A program made the position numbers and the translations under genes. A model generated the notes under the pieces. The model was given only the letters and a program-made list of their open reading frames with translations, was not told the DNA's origin and ran no database searches. Source: Octopus sinensis (taxonomy: Eukaryota). From it: a DNA stretch of 64,000 nt. Location of the stretch: the NCBI RefSeq assembly GCF_006345805.1, contig NC_043006.1, positions 50,158,001 to 50,222,000 of the forward strand, given 5' to 3'. Positions 12,660 through 26,540 of this stretch are shown in pieces. Position 1 is the first letter of the stretch. The number at the start of each line of letters is the position of its first letter.

Positions 12660-12866
12660 CATATCGCCATGCTAGATCGGTAGCCACTACACACATTTGT
12701 TTCTCTCCTTGTTTCTCCTTGCTTTTTTTTTCTGTGTCCCTTTCTGTAGAAGAGTGTAGACTCGAAACGTAAAAGACTTTTCCAATTCCTGAGCGTTATA
12801 CTGATACATCTGTTTGTTTTGGACACTACCCGTCTTCGTCTTTTGGTTTTTTTCATGAACTCTCCT
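12660..12866 (+). mobile_element. Hammerhead-core repeat, family B copy
   Basis: CTGTAGA-a-GAGT-gtag-ACTC-GAAAC-GTA-aaaga at 12744-12776; ends in (TA)n. Confidence 0.7.
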
Positions 12867-12971
<105 letters not shown>

Positions 12972-12999
12972 TGTATATTCAGATGAAAACTCGTAAAGA

Positions 13000-13057
<58 letters not shown>

Positions 13058-13613
13058 GAGTGAGAGAGCAGTGCATGCCATCAAAGTAACACTGGGGTAA
13101 AATATATGAAGCCCAGTATACCCATCATGACTACCTGTCTGATAAGGGTACACTAGGCACATGCATCACAACCATATGTGCGCGACATGGTAATCTTATA
13201 TCAAGATAAACAGCACATGACCTTGCAGGTGGGACCCAGTTAGAATTTTCTTCTGCTCGAGTAACCCATCCCGCTCAAAAAGTCCCTGAATAAGGGTTGT
13301 TTAAGGATGTTGAACGAAACACGCATGTTTCCAGGGGTGAATTATTCAAACCCCAAAGAATCCCTCTCAACACATGGCTATGATGCTCCCCCACTACTTC
13401 TGCTCGTGATCAAAGATGCACATATTGTCAGCCACTAAGGGACATGCTCAACTGGTTCAGGTCAAACAAGTGACAAGCAAATCTGTGGTATTGAGCAGAA
13501 TATTTGCTGTAGCCCATCTTTTATACCAAGACAAAACAATGTACATGATAACACTTCCAATCAGTTAAGATCAGAAGCCATGAGAGCCACTGTCTGGCAC
13601 TGCATCAGGGCAT
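13058..13613 (-). mobile_element. About 560-bp non-coding interspersed element between (ATT)n tracts (copy 1)
   Basis: Reverse complement of 46067-46616 at high identity. Flanked by (ATT)n at 13002-13057 and 13614 onward. Confidence 0.85.
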
Positions 13614-13647
13614 TTATTATTATTATTCCGTAGTTTTATTTATTTAA

Positions 13648-13704
<57 letters not shown>

Positions 13705-13919
13705 CATTCTTATGCAAAATTTTCGCTTGCTTCAAATACCAGTCAGCAACAATCAAGGTGATTGCTAATGGTACACTTTTAATTACTACAAATGTTATTC
13801 TTTGCTGTCATCTCATATTCTTAAGCAAAAAAAAAAAAGTTGTGAGAGAAAAAAAAAAAACACTTTCGCTCGAAAGACTAACCTTCCTTTTATATTATCA
13901 TTCTTTTATATATCATTCT

Positions 13920-14132
13920 TTTCCTCCTCCTCCTTCTTCTTCTTCTTCTTCTTCTTCTTCTTCTTCTTCTTCTTCTTCTTCTTCTCCTCCTTCTTCTTCT
14001 TCTTCTTCTTCTTCTTCTCCTTCTCCTCCATCTCCTTCTTCTTCTTCTTCTTCCTTTTCTTCTTCTTCCTTTTCTTCTTCTTCTCTTCTTCTTCTTCTTC
14101 TCCTTCTTCTCCTCCTCCTACTGCTGCTGCTG

Positions 14133-14177
<45 letters not shown>

Positions 14178-14180
14178 GCT
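13920..14180. repeat. Compound (TTC)n/(CTC)n/(CTA)n microsatellite
   Basis: Direct inspection. Confidence 0.95.
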
Positions 14181-14927
14181 ATGTAACCCTGACATCTAAC
14201 ACATGCGCTTTTCGTTTTCTCATCACTCATTCTGTGACTTCCCTCCAGATCTCACACTAACCAATATGAAGCCTACTTCCTGAATTCCTTCCTCACCAAA
14301 ATTCGTTTTTTTTTTCCTCTGCGAACTTCGACTTGCATCTGTGCTGCAAATTGAACGGCGACAGACACCGTTTCATCAAACATGGAAAACCCGGGAAAGT
14401 CATGGACACAGCGCCTTCTCTTTTGACAAATATATCAAAATCAAGAAAAACACGCAAACGATAAAGAACTCTGTTAATTTGAATTCTAGTTTCACCGAAG
14501 ACCAATATTAAAGCCAGAGATTTTGTAATTTTTTTTTTCTCTTGGAATGTTCGTAAATGTTACAAGTGAAAATTGTCACCCCCGCCTCCATTTGCTTAAC
14601 AAAACTTCAAAATTGATATTAAAGATATAAATCTTATTAAATGTCCAAGTGTTTTGTCATAATAAACTGAAACATACGAAAGATGAATAAACTAACATTT
14701 ATAAGAAAACCAGTTCCAAGAAAAGTAATGCTACATAAATAATACAACCATACATACATACATACATACATACATACATACATACATACATACATACATG
14801 CATATACTTATATATACATGTATACATACATACACAAATATATGCATACATAAAAAACATACACATTCATACATGCACACATACATACACACACACATAC
14901 ATAAATACATACATACATGCGTAATAT

Positions 14928-14963
<36 letters not shown>

Positions 14964-15192
14964 CATACGTGCATACATACGAAAGTAGTACTCCCCCATA
15001 ACTGCAGTATGATAATAAAAGCCAATAATAGACTAAAAGAATATATACATACATATAAATATGACTGTATACACACACACGCACACACACACGCACGCAC
15101 ACACATACACGCACACACACACCCACACATATATACAGGCGTGTATGCTAGTATTATGTATGCATGTATATATTATATGTATATGTATATAT

Positions 15193-15225
<33 letters not shown>

Positions 15226-17577
15226 GTATATATCATTTATGTAAACATAGACATGTGTGTGTTTATATATATATAAACACACGCACACACATATATACAT
15301 GTATATATACAGACAGAAGCACATATCGTTGCAAGTAGATAAACAATATGTGGGCGATTACAAGAAGAAACACACTATAAAAGAGAGAAACAACTCATTA
15401 TCTATTATAATGTATAAACACAACACCAGAATTTCATAATTAATAGAATCCATTATATAGTTGTAGCCAGAAGATTTATTAAATACACAGTCAATATTTA
15501 CAGTAGACCCAGTCGAGGACTTTTGTTCTTTGTTCTCAGTTGTAATTCCAAAAGGCTTGTTATGTTTTCATTTCATTGTAATCTCTGTGGCGTTACCTCT
15601 TTTCCTCAAAGAGTCATTAATGTTTATGTTTTTACGATTTCCTCCTTTTTGTCCTTATTCTATCTCTTTTACTATCATTTGCGTATCTGCCTCTCTGTCT
15701 GCCAGTCTATCTGTATATGTGGCTGTCTCTTTCTCTCTCTATCATTTGTAAAAAAAACAATAATGAAATCACTCTGGCGCGAATCGACAGTGTATCCAGC
15801 TACCGACTATTCAAATCACTATTCGTATTCTGTCGTTTTGAGCACTGCTTTGGGTCCGTGACCAAGACACGTAACTTACAGAAGGCCCAGTGCAATTAGC
15901 TTTGAATAGTTCGTGCCACTCACTTTTGGTTTCGAGTCAACTCTGGATTATTTAAAATGTTATTATCAATATACCTGATGCACGTTCGAATTAAGGAACA
16001 AGCTACTCACTGCGTTTTGTCACGGATAATATATTTCGTTTGTTGACAAATGGGGTGTATACATCTAGATCAGTTTGCAGCGACACCTACCTAGGCTGTG
16101 AAATGCTAGCATTTCGGAGTAGTTATCTCCTCATCGGTCACAGACACTAAGCAGACGACACTGTGAGCTGACTGAAGAGATTGCCTCTCTAATGTTTTCC
16201 AGTCACCCTATGGTGACTGGTAGCGTTATACGATGGCTCACCGTAAGTAAATTACAGAAGGGGAGCGCTGAGCAGTGATAAGTAAAATTACAATGTTATT
16301 ATCAGATCGAGTATGCTTGATGCACGTTAGAACTGGCAAACAAGCTAATCACTGCGTTTTGTCACGGAGAATATATTTAAATTCAAAAGAGGTTCGTATT
16401 ATTAGCGCTTCTGTTTATAATCCGAGTTCCTACGCACAGGATCAAACATATCTTTGCGAGCTAACGAAGCAAATTTTGAATTCCGATAAAAGAAAATAAT
16501 TATCTTTTATCTTTTACTTGTTCCAGTCCATTGGTTTTACTGAAATGTCATTACGAACAAATTGTAATTCTTAGGAAATCAAAACGTTGCCAACGATTAG
16601 AAATCAAATTGTTCGATATATAACATTGTTTCTCATTTAAACACAAGGCTAGAAATGTCCGAAAGGAGGAGGAGGAGGCTAGTTGATGCCACCGACTCTA
16701 GAACTTGAGTGGTACTTTGTTATCGATCGCAAAAAGGAGAAAAGTAAAGTTAACCTCAATGAGATTTGAACTCAGAACATAAAGAATTGGAAGACATACC
16801 GCAAGGTATGTTGTTCCGACACTCTGACGAAGGGAATTCGTGATGGTCACGGTCAGAACAATTGGCTCTAACTGACTGATCAAAACAACAACAAAAGCAA
16901 CAATAAAAATAATAAGCACTATTATATCTAAAATCATTGATTCTCGGATATTATTTATAAAATTATGCGAAAATACGTTACAATATGTTTATTATGTATT
17001 TTTGTATATGAAAGAGAAATGGCTAATTTATTAATTAATTAAAAACAATAAAAGGCAATAGATTTACTCAATGTCAACGAAGAGATGGGTGAAGATTATT
17101 TATTATAATAACAGAATTAGCAGAGTTCTATTGAAAATTATCTCTACAGACAATAAACTGAAAATTGGCGACAGAGAAAAAAGATACTTTAAAAATTAAT
17201 TATTTAGCGTCTACAAATTTTTAAAGAGCTTCCAAGACTGATGGGAGAAAAGGAAGAAAGGAAGAAGGGAAGGAACTGGCCTCTGTCGACGATTTGGCCC
17301 GAATGATTGCAACATAGTAAATTCCGATAAAGGCAACAAGGACCATATAGTGATGTTGTACTAGCCGACATATTTAAGTCCACTGAACAATGATGGGAGC
17401 GACCCCTCCAATATGATTTCAAATTTCTGTCTATAAAATTTATTTCCCTCGTAAGACTTCAGTCGATCTATAGTGAATGGCAGTTGACACTAACTGGAAT
17501 CGAACGAGCGGGCACATAATTGCAAAACAAACTTTTTGCTCATACAGCCACAACTGCTCATTTATTAAAATAAACAG

Positions 17578-17790
17578 ATAAGGAGACAAGCTTGCAGAGT
17601 TATTAGCACGATGGACAAAATGCTTAGCGTAATTTCGTTTGTCGTTACGTTCTGAGATGAAATTCAAATGAGATTGATTTTGCCTTTCATCTTTTCGGAG
17701 TCGATAAAATATATACCAGTTGAGCACTGGGGCCGATATAATCGACTTAACCCTTCGGCCCTGTCCCGAAATTTGAAACCGATATTGAAA
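17578..17790 (+). mobile_element. tRNA-derived SINE family B (diverged)
   Basis: Aligns to 52712-52950 (TTAGCAC...AAATGCTTAG...TTACGTTCTGAG...GCCTTTCATC...GTCGATAAA...TACCAGTT...ATCGACTTAA). Confidence 0.75.
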
Positions 17791-18711
17791 CAAACAACGA
17801 AGGGCATGATAGATTTCCAATGTTAACATAATAAAACCATACCTTCAAGGTAAGGGTAGGGTCGATTTAATCGAGATACAATCGACCTCTGGGACTATAT
17901 TATCTAATACGTGCTTCTTTTTTAAGACAGCGAGGAGGGGATAACATCTGAAAGACGTTATACTTCTATCTCTATCATGTATTGGTTCTATCTTTGGCTC
18001 TCACTTGCGTATGCATGTATGTATGTATTATCGTTGTTAATTTGAACTACATCGAAGTTGTTCCTGTCAACTGTGTTCCTATCATGACTTTGCTACCCGA
18101 TTTAGCTGAGAGGTACAATCGACTGGTAATTATTTTATGAACATAGTTAGGCAAAGCAAAAGTAAGCATGGGTGAGAGATTAAAAATAAGAGAACGTAAT
18201 ATGGCTTGGCCTCTGCTCTATGGAACTGGCTGATCACATGCTACATCCACTTCGGTTTTTTCGACACGTTTTCATTCATCCTCTCGTTAAATATATTGTG
18301 TCAGCGACACAAGTCCCGTATAAACCACATCACCTACGACTTTTTCTTCCAAAACATGACCTTATAGAAGCCCCACTTACTATTGCACATGTTATTGCTG
18401 TCGTCGACTTGCAACAGTTTAAGTAGGGGACGGGTAGTTTGTTGTGTTCTTGAACAAATCAATTCATTTCACGTTGCTCCAATCCCCCAGCAACAGACTG
18501 GCGTCCTGTTTAGACAGATTGTTTTGATCTCGGTTTCTTTTATGACATGGAAACCGAATAACCGCAACCTATGAACCGAGTCAGCAATATACATGCATAC
18601 ATACATACATACATACATACATACATACATACATACATACATACATACATACATACATACATACATACAAACATATATATATATATATTATATATATATA
18701 TAGGGGGAAAA

Positions 18712-18895
18712 TTCACAAAAAGAACAAAAGACGAAGACAGGCGGTGTAGACAATAAACAGATGTATTAGTATAACGCTCGAGAAATGAAAAAGTCTTTAA
18801 CGTTTCGAGCCTACACTCTTCTACAGACAGCAACACAGAAAGAAACAAGGAGAGAAAATAAAGAATGTGTAGTGGTTAGCGATCTATTATGGTGA
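18712..18895 (-). mobile_element. Hammerhead-core repeat, family B copy
   Basis: Minus strand CTGTAGA-a-GAGT-gtag-GCTC-GAAAC-GTT-aaaga at about 18794-18826; (TA)n on both sides. Confidence 0.7.
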
Positions 18896-18964
<69 letters not shown>

Positions 18965-19040
18965 ATAGTATATGTATGTATATATATACACACACACACA
19001 TATATATATATACTTATATATATATATGTATGTATGTATG

Positions 19041-19395
19041 TTCTCTTACTTGTTTCAGTCATCACACTGCAACCATGCTGGGGCACCGCCTTGAATAATT
19101 TTTAGTCGAATGAATCAACCCAAGTACTAATTTTTTTTTTTGCTAAGCCTGGTACTTATTCTATCCGTCTCTTTTGCCGAATCGCTAAGATACGGGGACA
19201 TAAACACACCAACACTGGTTGTCATGCGATGGTGGGGGACGAACACACACACACACATATACGACGAGCTTCTTTTAGCTTCTGTGCACCAAATCCTCTC
19301 ACAAGAAGACACTTGCCCAAGGTGCAACGCAGTGGGACTGAACCTAGAACTATGTGGTTAGGAAGCAAGCTTCTTACCACACAGTTACGCCTATG
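19041..19395 (-). mobile_element. SINE family A
   Basis: Homology to the other family A copies along its length. Confidence 0.85.
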
Positions 19396-19642
19396 GATAT
19401 TCGTACCACCTGCATTTTGTCTCATGCAATTACAGAGCTTGGACGTCTCCAGGATCTAGGCTTTTACAGTTCAATGGTACATTTGGTACATTTTTCTTTT
19501 ATTGGTCTCAGAAATATAAAAGGCGAGGACGAGCTCGATGCGACATGAAAACTGTACATAAAAAGACGTATTTTAATGTCACAAGGGATGTTGCTCTTCA
19601 CTACCAATTCAGCCAGCACACCGTCTACACACAAACTCTCCT

Positions 19643-19715
<73 letters not shown>

Positions 19716-19972
19716 GTGCTTACGATGGTAATTACAACAGATCACATTGAAAGGAGTCGGTAGAGAATATGTATTCAGGCGTAAATGGACTAAAGAAATT
19801 GTAGACTTTCAAGACACGTACAGGTGCGCGCACACACACAACAGATGATCGCTAGATAGATTGGTGAAGAATTAATCTTTTTTCTTTATATTAGATGAAT
19901 CTCATTGTAGAACATGAAATCGATTATAGAAATACTTCGTTTCCTTAGGGAGGTAATAAAATGTAATGTTAC

Positions 19973-20084
<112 letters not shown>

Positions 20085-20169
20085 ACCTAATATCCGAAGA
20101 TATATCGATATATTTATTTATCTATCTATTATTTTTTCTTATATGTACATTTTTACTTGTATATTTTTA

Positions 20170-20227
<58 letters not shown>

Positions 20228-20436
20228 TATTATTTTATATCTTTTAATTGCATATCTTTTATTTTTCTCTATACAATATTATCTATATGTAAATCTTATT
20301 CATACATCGTACCTTTTTTTTATGTATATATATATATAATATATATATAAATAAATTTAACCTTTAAGGTATTTTTTAATATGCTGGCCATTGATAAAAT
20401 GTTTTTTCGAAAAGATTTTATCCTACATTAGATATA

Positions 20437-20474
<38 letters not shown>

Positions 20475-20569
20475 TATATATGTATGTATGTATATGTATA
20501 TTGTTACTTTTATATACATATTTATATTTATTGTGTATCTTTTGCTTTTTATATTTTATTTTTTATGAG

Positions 20570-23500
20570 CTACTCCGCGTCGTACACTGGAGTGATATTT
20601 GATCACTTTAGAGAATGTTTGAGTATCGGTTTAGTATCTGGAATGGGATAGCTTACCTCATGGGCAGGTAGAAGCTCTTTAACCTTGGTCGGTAATCTAC
20701 CTAGGAGAAGGAAATCTCCGAAATAAAACCCGAGGCCTTGGAAGTTCCTGGTTTTATCAATTTCCATGTTACACCGGTGAAAGTCTTCTTGGGCCAATAG
20801 GTTGGGGTAGTGCAGTGCAAGCTACACCTACTAAAATTATTCATCTGCACATGTACTTCCTGTACTCCGAATCTTGGTAAAATCATTGAATCGGTTGACA
20901 GGCAGAAACCTTGCACTTGTAACTTATTCTAAAATGTCTCAAACAGATTCAGTAAACGGCAAAAAAAAAAAAAACTGTTTGGAAACGTCAGGGGAACAGG
21001 TCTGGCTCGGCAGGTGTCCCAGTGTATCACAGACTGGACCTGGTCGTGATCCTGCTGCTGTGTTCGAATAACCTTCAGAAAAAAGTCAAAAGAAACATCC
21101 TTTGAATTTTGGTTGTTGGAATGTGCACACACTTCTTGATGATCATTTCAACAAGAGGTCAGATAGGTGTACTGCACTTATTGCATGTGAGCTTAAGAAA
21201 TATTCCCTTGATATAGTTGCGTTCTCTGAAACTCGTCTCTCTGGTGAGGGTCAAATAAATGAACGTATTTATTGATATACTATCTTTTGGAGAGGCATAC
21301 CTAAGGGTCAGCGTAGAAAATCTGGTGTTGAGTTTGCTCTCAAGAATGCATTAGTATCCTCCATTGCAGAGCTTCTAAGTGGTATATCTGAGCGGATTAT
21401 GCCATGCCGTATTAAACTGACAAAAGGTAGGTTTCTTACCATTGTCAGTATTTATGCACCAACAATGTCCCATTCTGATGAAACTGTAGGACATTTTTAT
21501 GATGATCTAGTACAATTATTGAGGAAAGTACCAATTTCTGACAAGCTGGTCATATTGGGAGATTTCAGTGCAAGAGTTGGAAAGGACTATGTTTCATGGC
21601 CTGTTTTAGGTCGACATGGGATTGGAAAATCCAATAAAAATGGAGTAGCTCTTTTGATATTTTGTACTGAGAATAATCTGGTTGTCACCAACACTCTGTT
21701 TAAGCAGAAAAATAAATATAAAACCACCTGGATGCACCTAAGATCTAAGCACTGGCATCTCATAGATTATATTCTGATAAGAAAATGTGATATGAAAGAC
21801 GTTTCTAGCGTTTGGGCCATGAGAGGGGCAAAGAGCTGGTCTGACAATCATCTAGTGCGTGGAAAAATAGATTTTTCGATAATGCCTAAAAATCGATAGT
21901 TTAGTCCTAAGATACCCAAAAAGTTAAATGTTGCAAACTTGAAATTATCAAGCAACTTGCAAAGATTCCACGATGCTGTAGAAGGTATCAATCTTGACCC
22001 AAACAATCTATAGGAAGATTTCAAAACAAAAGTATTTCAGGCTGCAAGTTCGTCAGTGGGATTTCAATCACATAAGTCCAGTGACTGGTTCTTAGATAGA
22101 TCAGCAGAAATTCATGATCTACTTTTAGAAAAACAAAACTTAGGCAATACACTTCTTTCTCAGTCCTTGAACCCCAACTGAAATGAAGTTTACAGAAAGC
22201 TGAAAAGGAAAGTGCAGACTGCTCTAAGGAAAATAAAAAAGAATAGTGGAATGATAGAGCAAAAGGGGCACAAGAAGCAGCTGACAGAAATGATACCAAG
22301 GGATTGTAGTCTTATGTTAAGGAGGTATATGGCCCAAATTCATCTTCAATAACTCTAGTGAGAACAGCAAATGGACGTTTTCTTCTGACTGACACCGCTT
22401 CTATTCATAAGCGTTGGGTAGAACATTTTGTTAGAACGTTTATAGTTCCAAATATAGTGTCTGAGTCTCAGTGTGGTTTTCGTTCCTCCAGGGGCACAGA
22501 TGATTGTATCTTTACTGTCAGACAATTACAAGGAAAGTGCATTGAACTGAATCTTGCTCTATACCATTGCTTTGTTGATTTGAGCAACGGATTCGATACT
22601 ATTAATCGAAATGCTCTGTGGCTAATTCTAAGAAAAATAGGTTGCCCAGAAAAATTTGTAAACATGATCAGGGCTTTGCATCAAGATATGAAAGCTAGAA
22701 TTATTTTTGGTGGTAGGCTCTCTGAATCGTTTGCTGTGTAAAATGGAGTAAAGCAAGGAGACCTTGATGCACCCACCCTCTTTGCAATATATCTTGCTGA
22801 TGTGTTGTCACATGCTTTTCAAAACTCCGAGGAAGGTATTTACATAAAATATCGAACAACAGAGAATGTTTTTAATCTAACCAGACTGAAATTCAAAACA
22901 AAAGTTTTTACTTCACTCGTTGGGAACTTTTGTACGCTGACGATTGCGATCTTGTCAGTCATTCTGAAACAGGTCTGTAATCTCTTGTATCTGCACTTGA
23001 CTCGGCTTGTGATGATTTTGGCGTGACCATCAACTTGAAAAAAAAAAAAACAATTGCAATGCATCAACCTGCGTGTGGTACTGTTTTTAATCCCTCTAAA
23101 ACTTTTATTAAGAGAAAGTTACTTGAGGTGGCCGATTCGTTCGTCTACATTGGAAGCTTTGTTCAAAATGATGAAAATCTTGATACAGAAATACAGCTGT
23201 GAATTCAAAGGGCAGCAAAAGCATTTTTGGTGCCAGCGACATATAAATAAGAATACAAAGCTGGCTCTTTACAAATCATTTGTCTTACCATCCCTGTTGT
23301 ATTCCTGTGAAACTTGGACTTGTTATGGAAGGCACTTTAAACTGTTAGAGCAATTCCACCAAAAATGCCTTCATCGCATTTAAAAAATTAAATGGAGTTC
23401 TTTTCCTCCAAACACAGATGTCCTTGCATCTGCAAGCATCACCTCAATTAAAGCTATGATTTTGAGGAACCAACTGAGATGGTGTGGCCGTATTGTTCGA

Positions 23501-24134
23501 ATGGTAGATGAACGTATGCCGAAATAGCTGTTTTATGGTGAGGGGAAACGCTACCGGCGTAAACCTAAAAAAAGGTTTAAGGACGGCATAAGGAGTACTG
23601 TAAAGTCAATGGGAATGGTTCCAGAAGATATAGAAACTCTTGCTTTGAATTGAGTTGGATGGCGAACAAAGGTATGGAGTGGGCTGAAAGCATTTGAAGA
23701 GGCCAGGATAACACAAGTAAGACTCAAAAGAGATTTAAGAAAGAATGTAACGATTGAGAAGCTGAATGACAATGAACATTTTGGTTTGCATTATCTGTGA
23801 TAGACCATGCCTGTCTTTTGCTGGCCTCAAATCTCATCTGCGAATGCATGGAAAACAAACCTCCCCCAACTATTCTGCATGGGCTGTGCACATATTTGAA
23901 TGCAGTGTATGCCAGAAGGTTTTCAAATCCAACGGAGGCCTCAAGACACATTTTAAGATCTACAAAGAGCAGAACTTATCTGCAGCTCTCGGTGGTCCAA
24001 ATCAGAGGTGCAATCTATGTGGATGTCTTTTCAGAACATTGTCTGGTTTAAAAAGCCACATCAGATGCCATGATGGGGCAAAGATGTAGGTACATGAGGT
24101 GGTCAAACTCTGCATAAGGAGTAGACAACCACCA
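20570..24134 (+). mobile_element. RTE-clade LINE, decayed, with an internal deletion at about 22430; APE endonuclease, RT and three C-terminal C2H2 fingers
   Basis: GCWNVHTLLD (~21113), DIVAFSETRLSGEG, SIYAPT, LGDFSARVG, HWHLIDYIL, SQCGFR, FVDLSNGFDTINR, NGVKQGDLDAPTLF, LYADD (~22935), LYSCETW and LRWCGRIVRM. ORF 23766-24089 has three Cx2C-x12-H units. Confidence 0.92.
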
Positions 24135-24264
24135 TGTGTGTATGTATACATGTGTGTATGTATATGTGTATATCTGTATATGTATATGCATATATACGTA
24201 TATACGTATGTCTTTCTATCTATCTATCTGTCCATCCGTCTGTCTCTCTGTTTGTCTGTTTGTT

Positions 24265-24309
<45 letters not shown>

Positions 24310-24320
24310 AACTAGCTAGC

Positions 24321-24355
<35 letters not shown>

Positions 24356-24539
24356 GAGCACTGTATACAATAATTTCATTATTATTATTATATAGGAAAG
24401 ATATTGATTGAAATTCCATTTGGTATATTCAGAACAAATTACGAACACTCAAGTGATGCTATGGAACCAGAGAAAGTAGACTTTTTTCAGAGAAAGTATA
24501 TATATATATATATAAAGATATATTCGTCAGGCTACTTGT

Positions 24540-25065
24540 GAGGACTTTCATGAATGTTACTGTACTGATGACTTGAAACTCAGTACAACCTTGTGCATGG
24601 TCGGGTCGTCGACGACTAAGCCAGTACCCCCACTAGGCTAACCTGGTTAAGAGAGTTGCTAGAAACCCAGCAGGACTGGAAACAAGACCCTTTCAAAAGA
24701 CGGATGAGCCAAGTGTAGGTTCAATAACTATCTTGCAACGGCTCAGGCTGTCAGAAATTCCAGGTTGGTGTCCAGTGTGCTGAAAGACCAGTGGTTGTGA
24801 GGTGTCTTGCTCTGGCTTATCTCTGGATCATGTCAATCGGGGTGGAGAGTGTTTGTGAGGTTCAGTGCAATCTTATTGGACCTAAACTTTTAGGTTTTGC
24901 AATTGCCGGCGAATAAACTCCTCGATACCCGATCGAGTAGGAGGGCGCTGCAATGAGCAGGGAAGCGGCGGACGCGTATGCGAGTGAAGCCGGCTGCTGG
25001 TGAATTTGCCTCATATACGGGATTGCTCGCATTTTGCATGGGCAGTGGTCAGTGATGATCTTCCT
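24540..25065. other. GC-richer non-coding insert, probably a retroelement UTR fragment (unassigned)
   Basis: Abrupt compositional change between (TA)n tracts, no ORF, and an 8-bp hairpin TGTACTGA/TCAGTACA at about 24561-24587. Confidence 0.35.
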
Positions 25066-25087
25066 CAGTCATAAGTGGACAGTCATC

Positions 25088-25162
<75 letters not shown>

Positions 25163-25223
25163 ATACCTATATATATGGAGAGAGAGAGAGAGAGAGAGAG
25201 AGATAGGTAGATGATAGATATGC

Positions 25224-25271
<48 letters not shown>

Positions 25272-25439
25272 CACGTGAAAAAGCACACATCAACTGTTAC
25301 ACACAAAACACACATACGTTACGCACTCACACAATTCTCACATACACTCATACCTACGCACACCTTTTCTTGTTGAGATCACTAGCACTTTAATATCTCC
25401 CTTCCATTCAACCTCTTTTTTATTATTATCTCCCTTTAT

Positions 25440-25652
25440 TTCAACCACTTTTTTACCCAATCATTCGCTAATGTTACACCGCTGCAGTTGTTTTCCCTTT
25501 CTCTCTCTGTCTCTGTTTATTTTCTCTCATTCCTTTCTGCTTAGGTTCGAAACGTAAAAGAGATTTTCATTTTTCTCGAGCGTCAAACTAACACACCTGC
25601 TTGTTGTTCATACACCTGCTTTAGTCTTTTGTTTTTCTATAAATTGCAACTA
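25440..25652 (+). mobile_element. Hammerhead-core repeat, family B, core partly deleted
   Basis: tttCTGcttaggttcGAAACGTAaaaga at about 25534-25561. The downstream ...GAGCG...TTGTT...TCTTTTGTTTTT matches the family; ends in (TA)n. Confidence 0.6.
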
Positions 25653-25702
25653 TATATATATATGTATATAGACGCACGTGCACACACACATACGCATGTA
25701 TG

Positions 25703-25741
<39 letters not shown>

Positions 25742-26199
25742 GAGCAAAACGCCCCCGGCCAATGGACGGTGCTGAGTTGTCAAACATTTAAACATTTAAA
25801 TTTTCTCAAAACGACTTGTCCGACCGTCCCATAGGCCTCCTCTTTGAGAAACACTGATTTAACCTAAATTTGAGACACCAGCAAAAGAAGAAATAAAGAT
25901 AGACTTTTTCTATTCTACAGAAAAACGATTTTATTCACACAAATATGCAACCGAAGAGTTTAAAGTACCAGTAATGATAAGGCTGTCGACTGGGAGAACA
26001 CAAACATGGTAAATTATTTATTAGCAAGAAAATAGTATTTTCTTCCTTGAATAAAAAGCAATCAGTGTTTTCTTTTCATTAAAAAATAATTAAGCATGCC
26101 TTTATTTCAATAAAAGTTTGGGTTTTGTTAAATGAAGTTAAGGCAAAAAAAAAAAATTCTTGAGAGACCAAATAGTCTTTCCTTCCTTCATGCCAAGTT

Positions 26200-26509
26200 T
26201 GATGAAAATATCTCTTTTGCATCTTAATTTTTTTGTTTCTTAAATATACTGCATTTTGTGGCATTATTTCAAACCAGTCGGCTTTTTTTGCGCAAACTGC
26301 ACGTGCATTTTTCTCGCGTATGCGTAGTATCGATCGCAACAGCTGATGTACTCGTGCGTACAAATGCACCTTCCCACGGCTTTATCGATCGCATTCTCAC
26401 CTGGAAGCGATTTTTGCAATTTTCTCAAGACTTATACACGCCCTGATACCGTCGGTATCTACATATCAAATTTGAGCGCAATCGGATGGAGGATGCCCGA
26501 GATCCTAGA

Positions 26510-26540
<31 letters not shown>

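Noticed and set aside
14300-14480. GC-richer stretch with a protein-looking reading (ANFDLHLCCKLNG...)
   Set aside because: No recognisable family, no clear splice acceptor and only about 47 codons.
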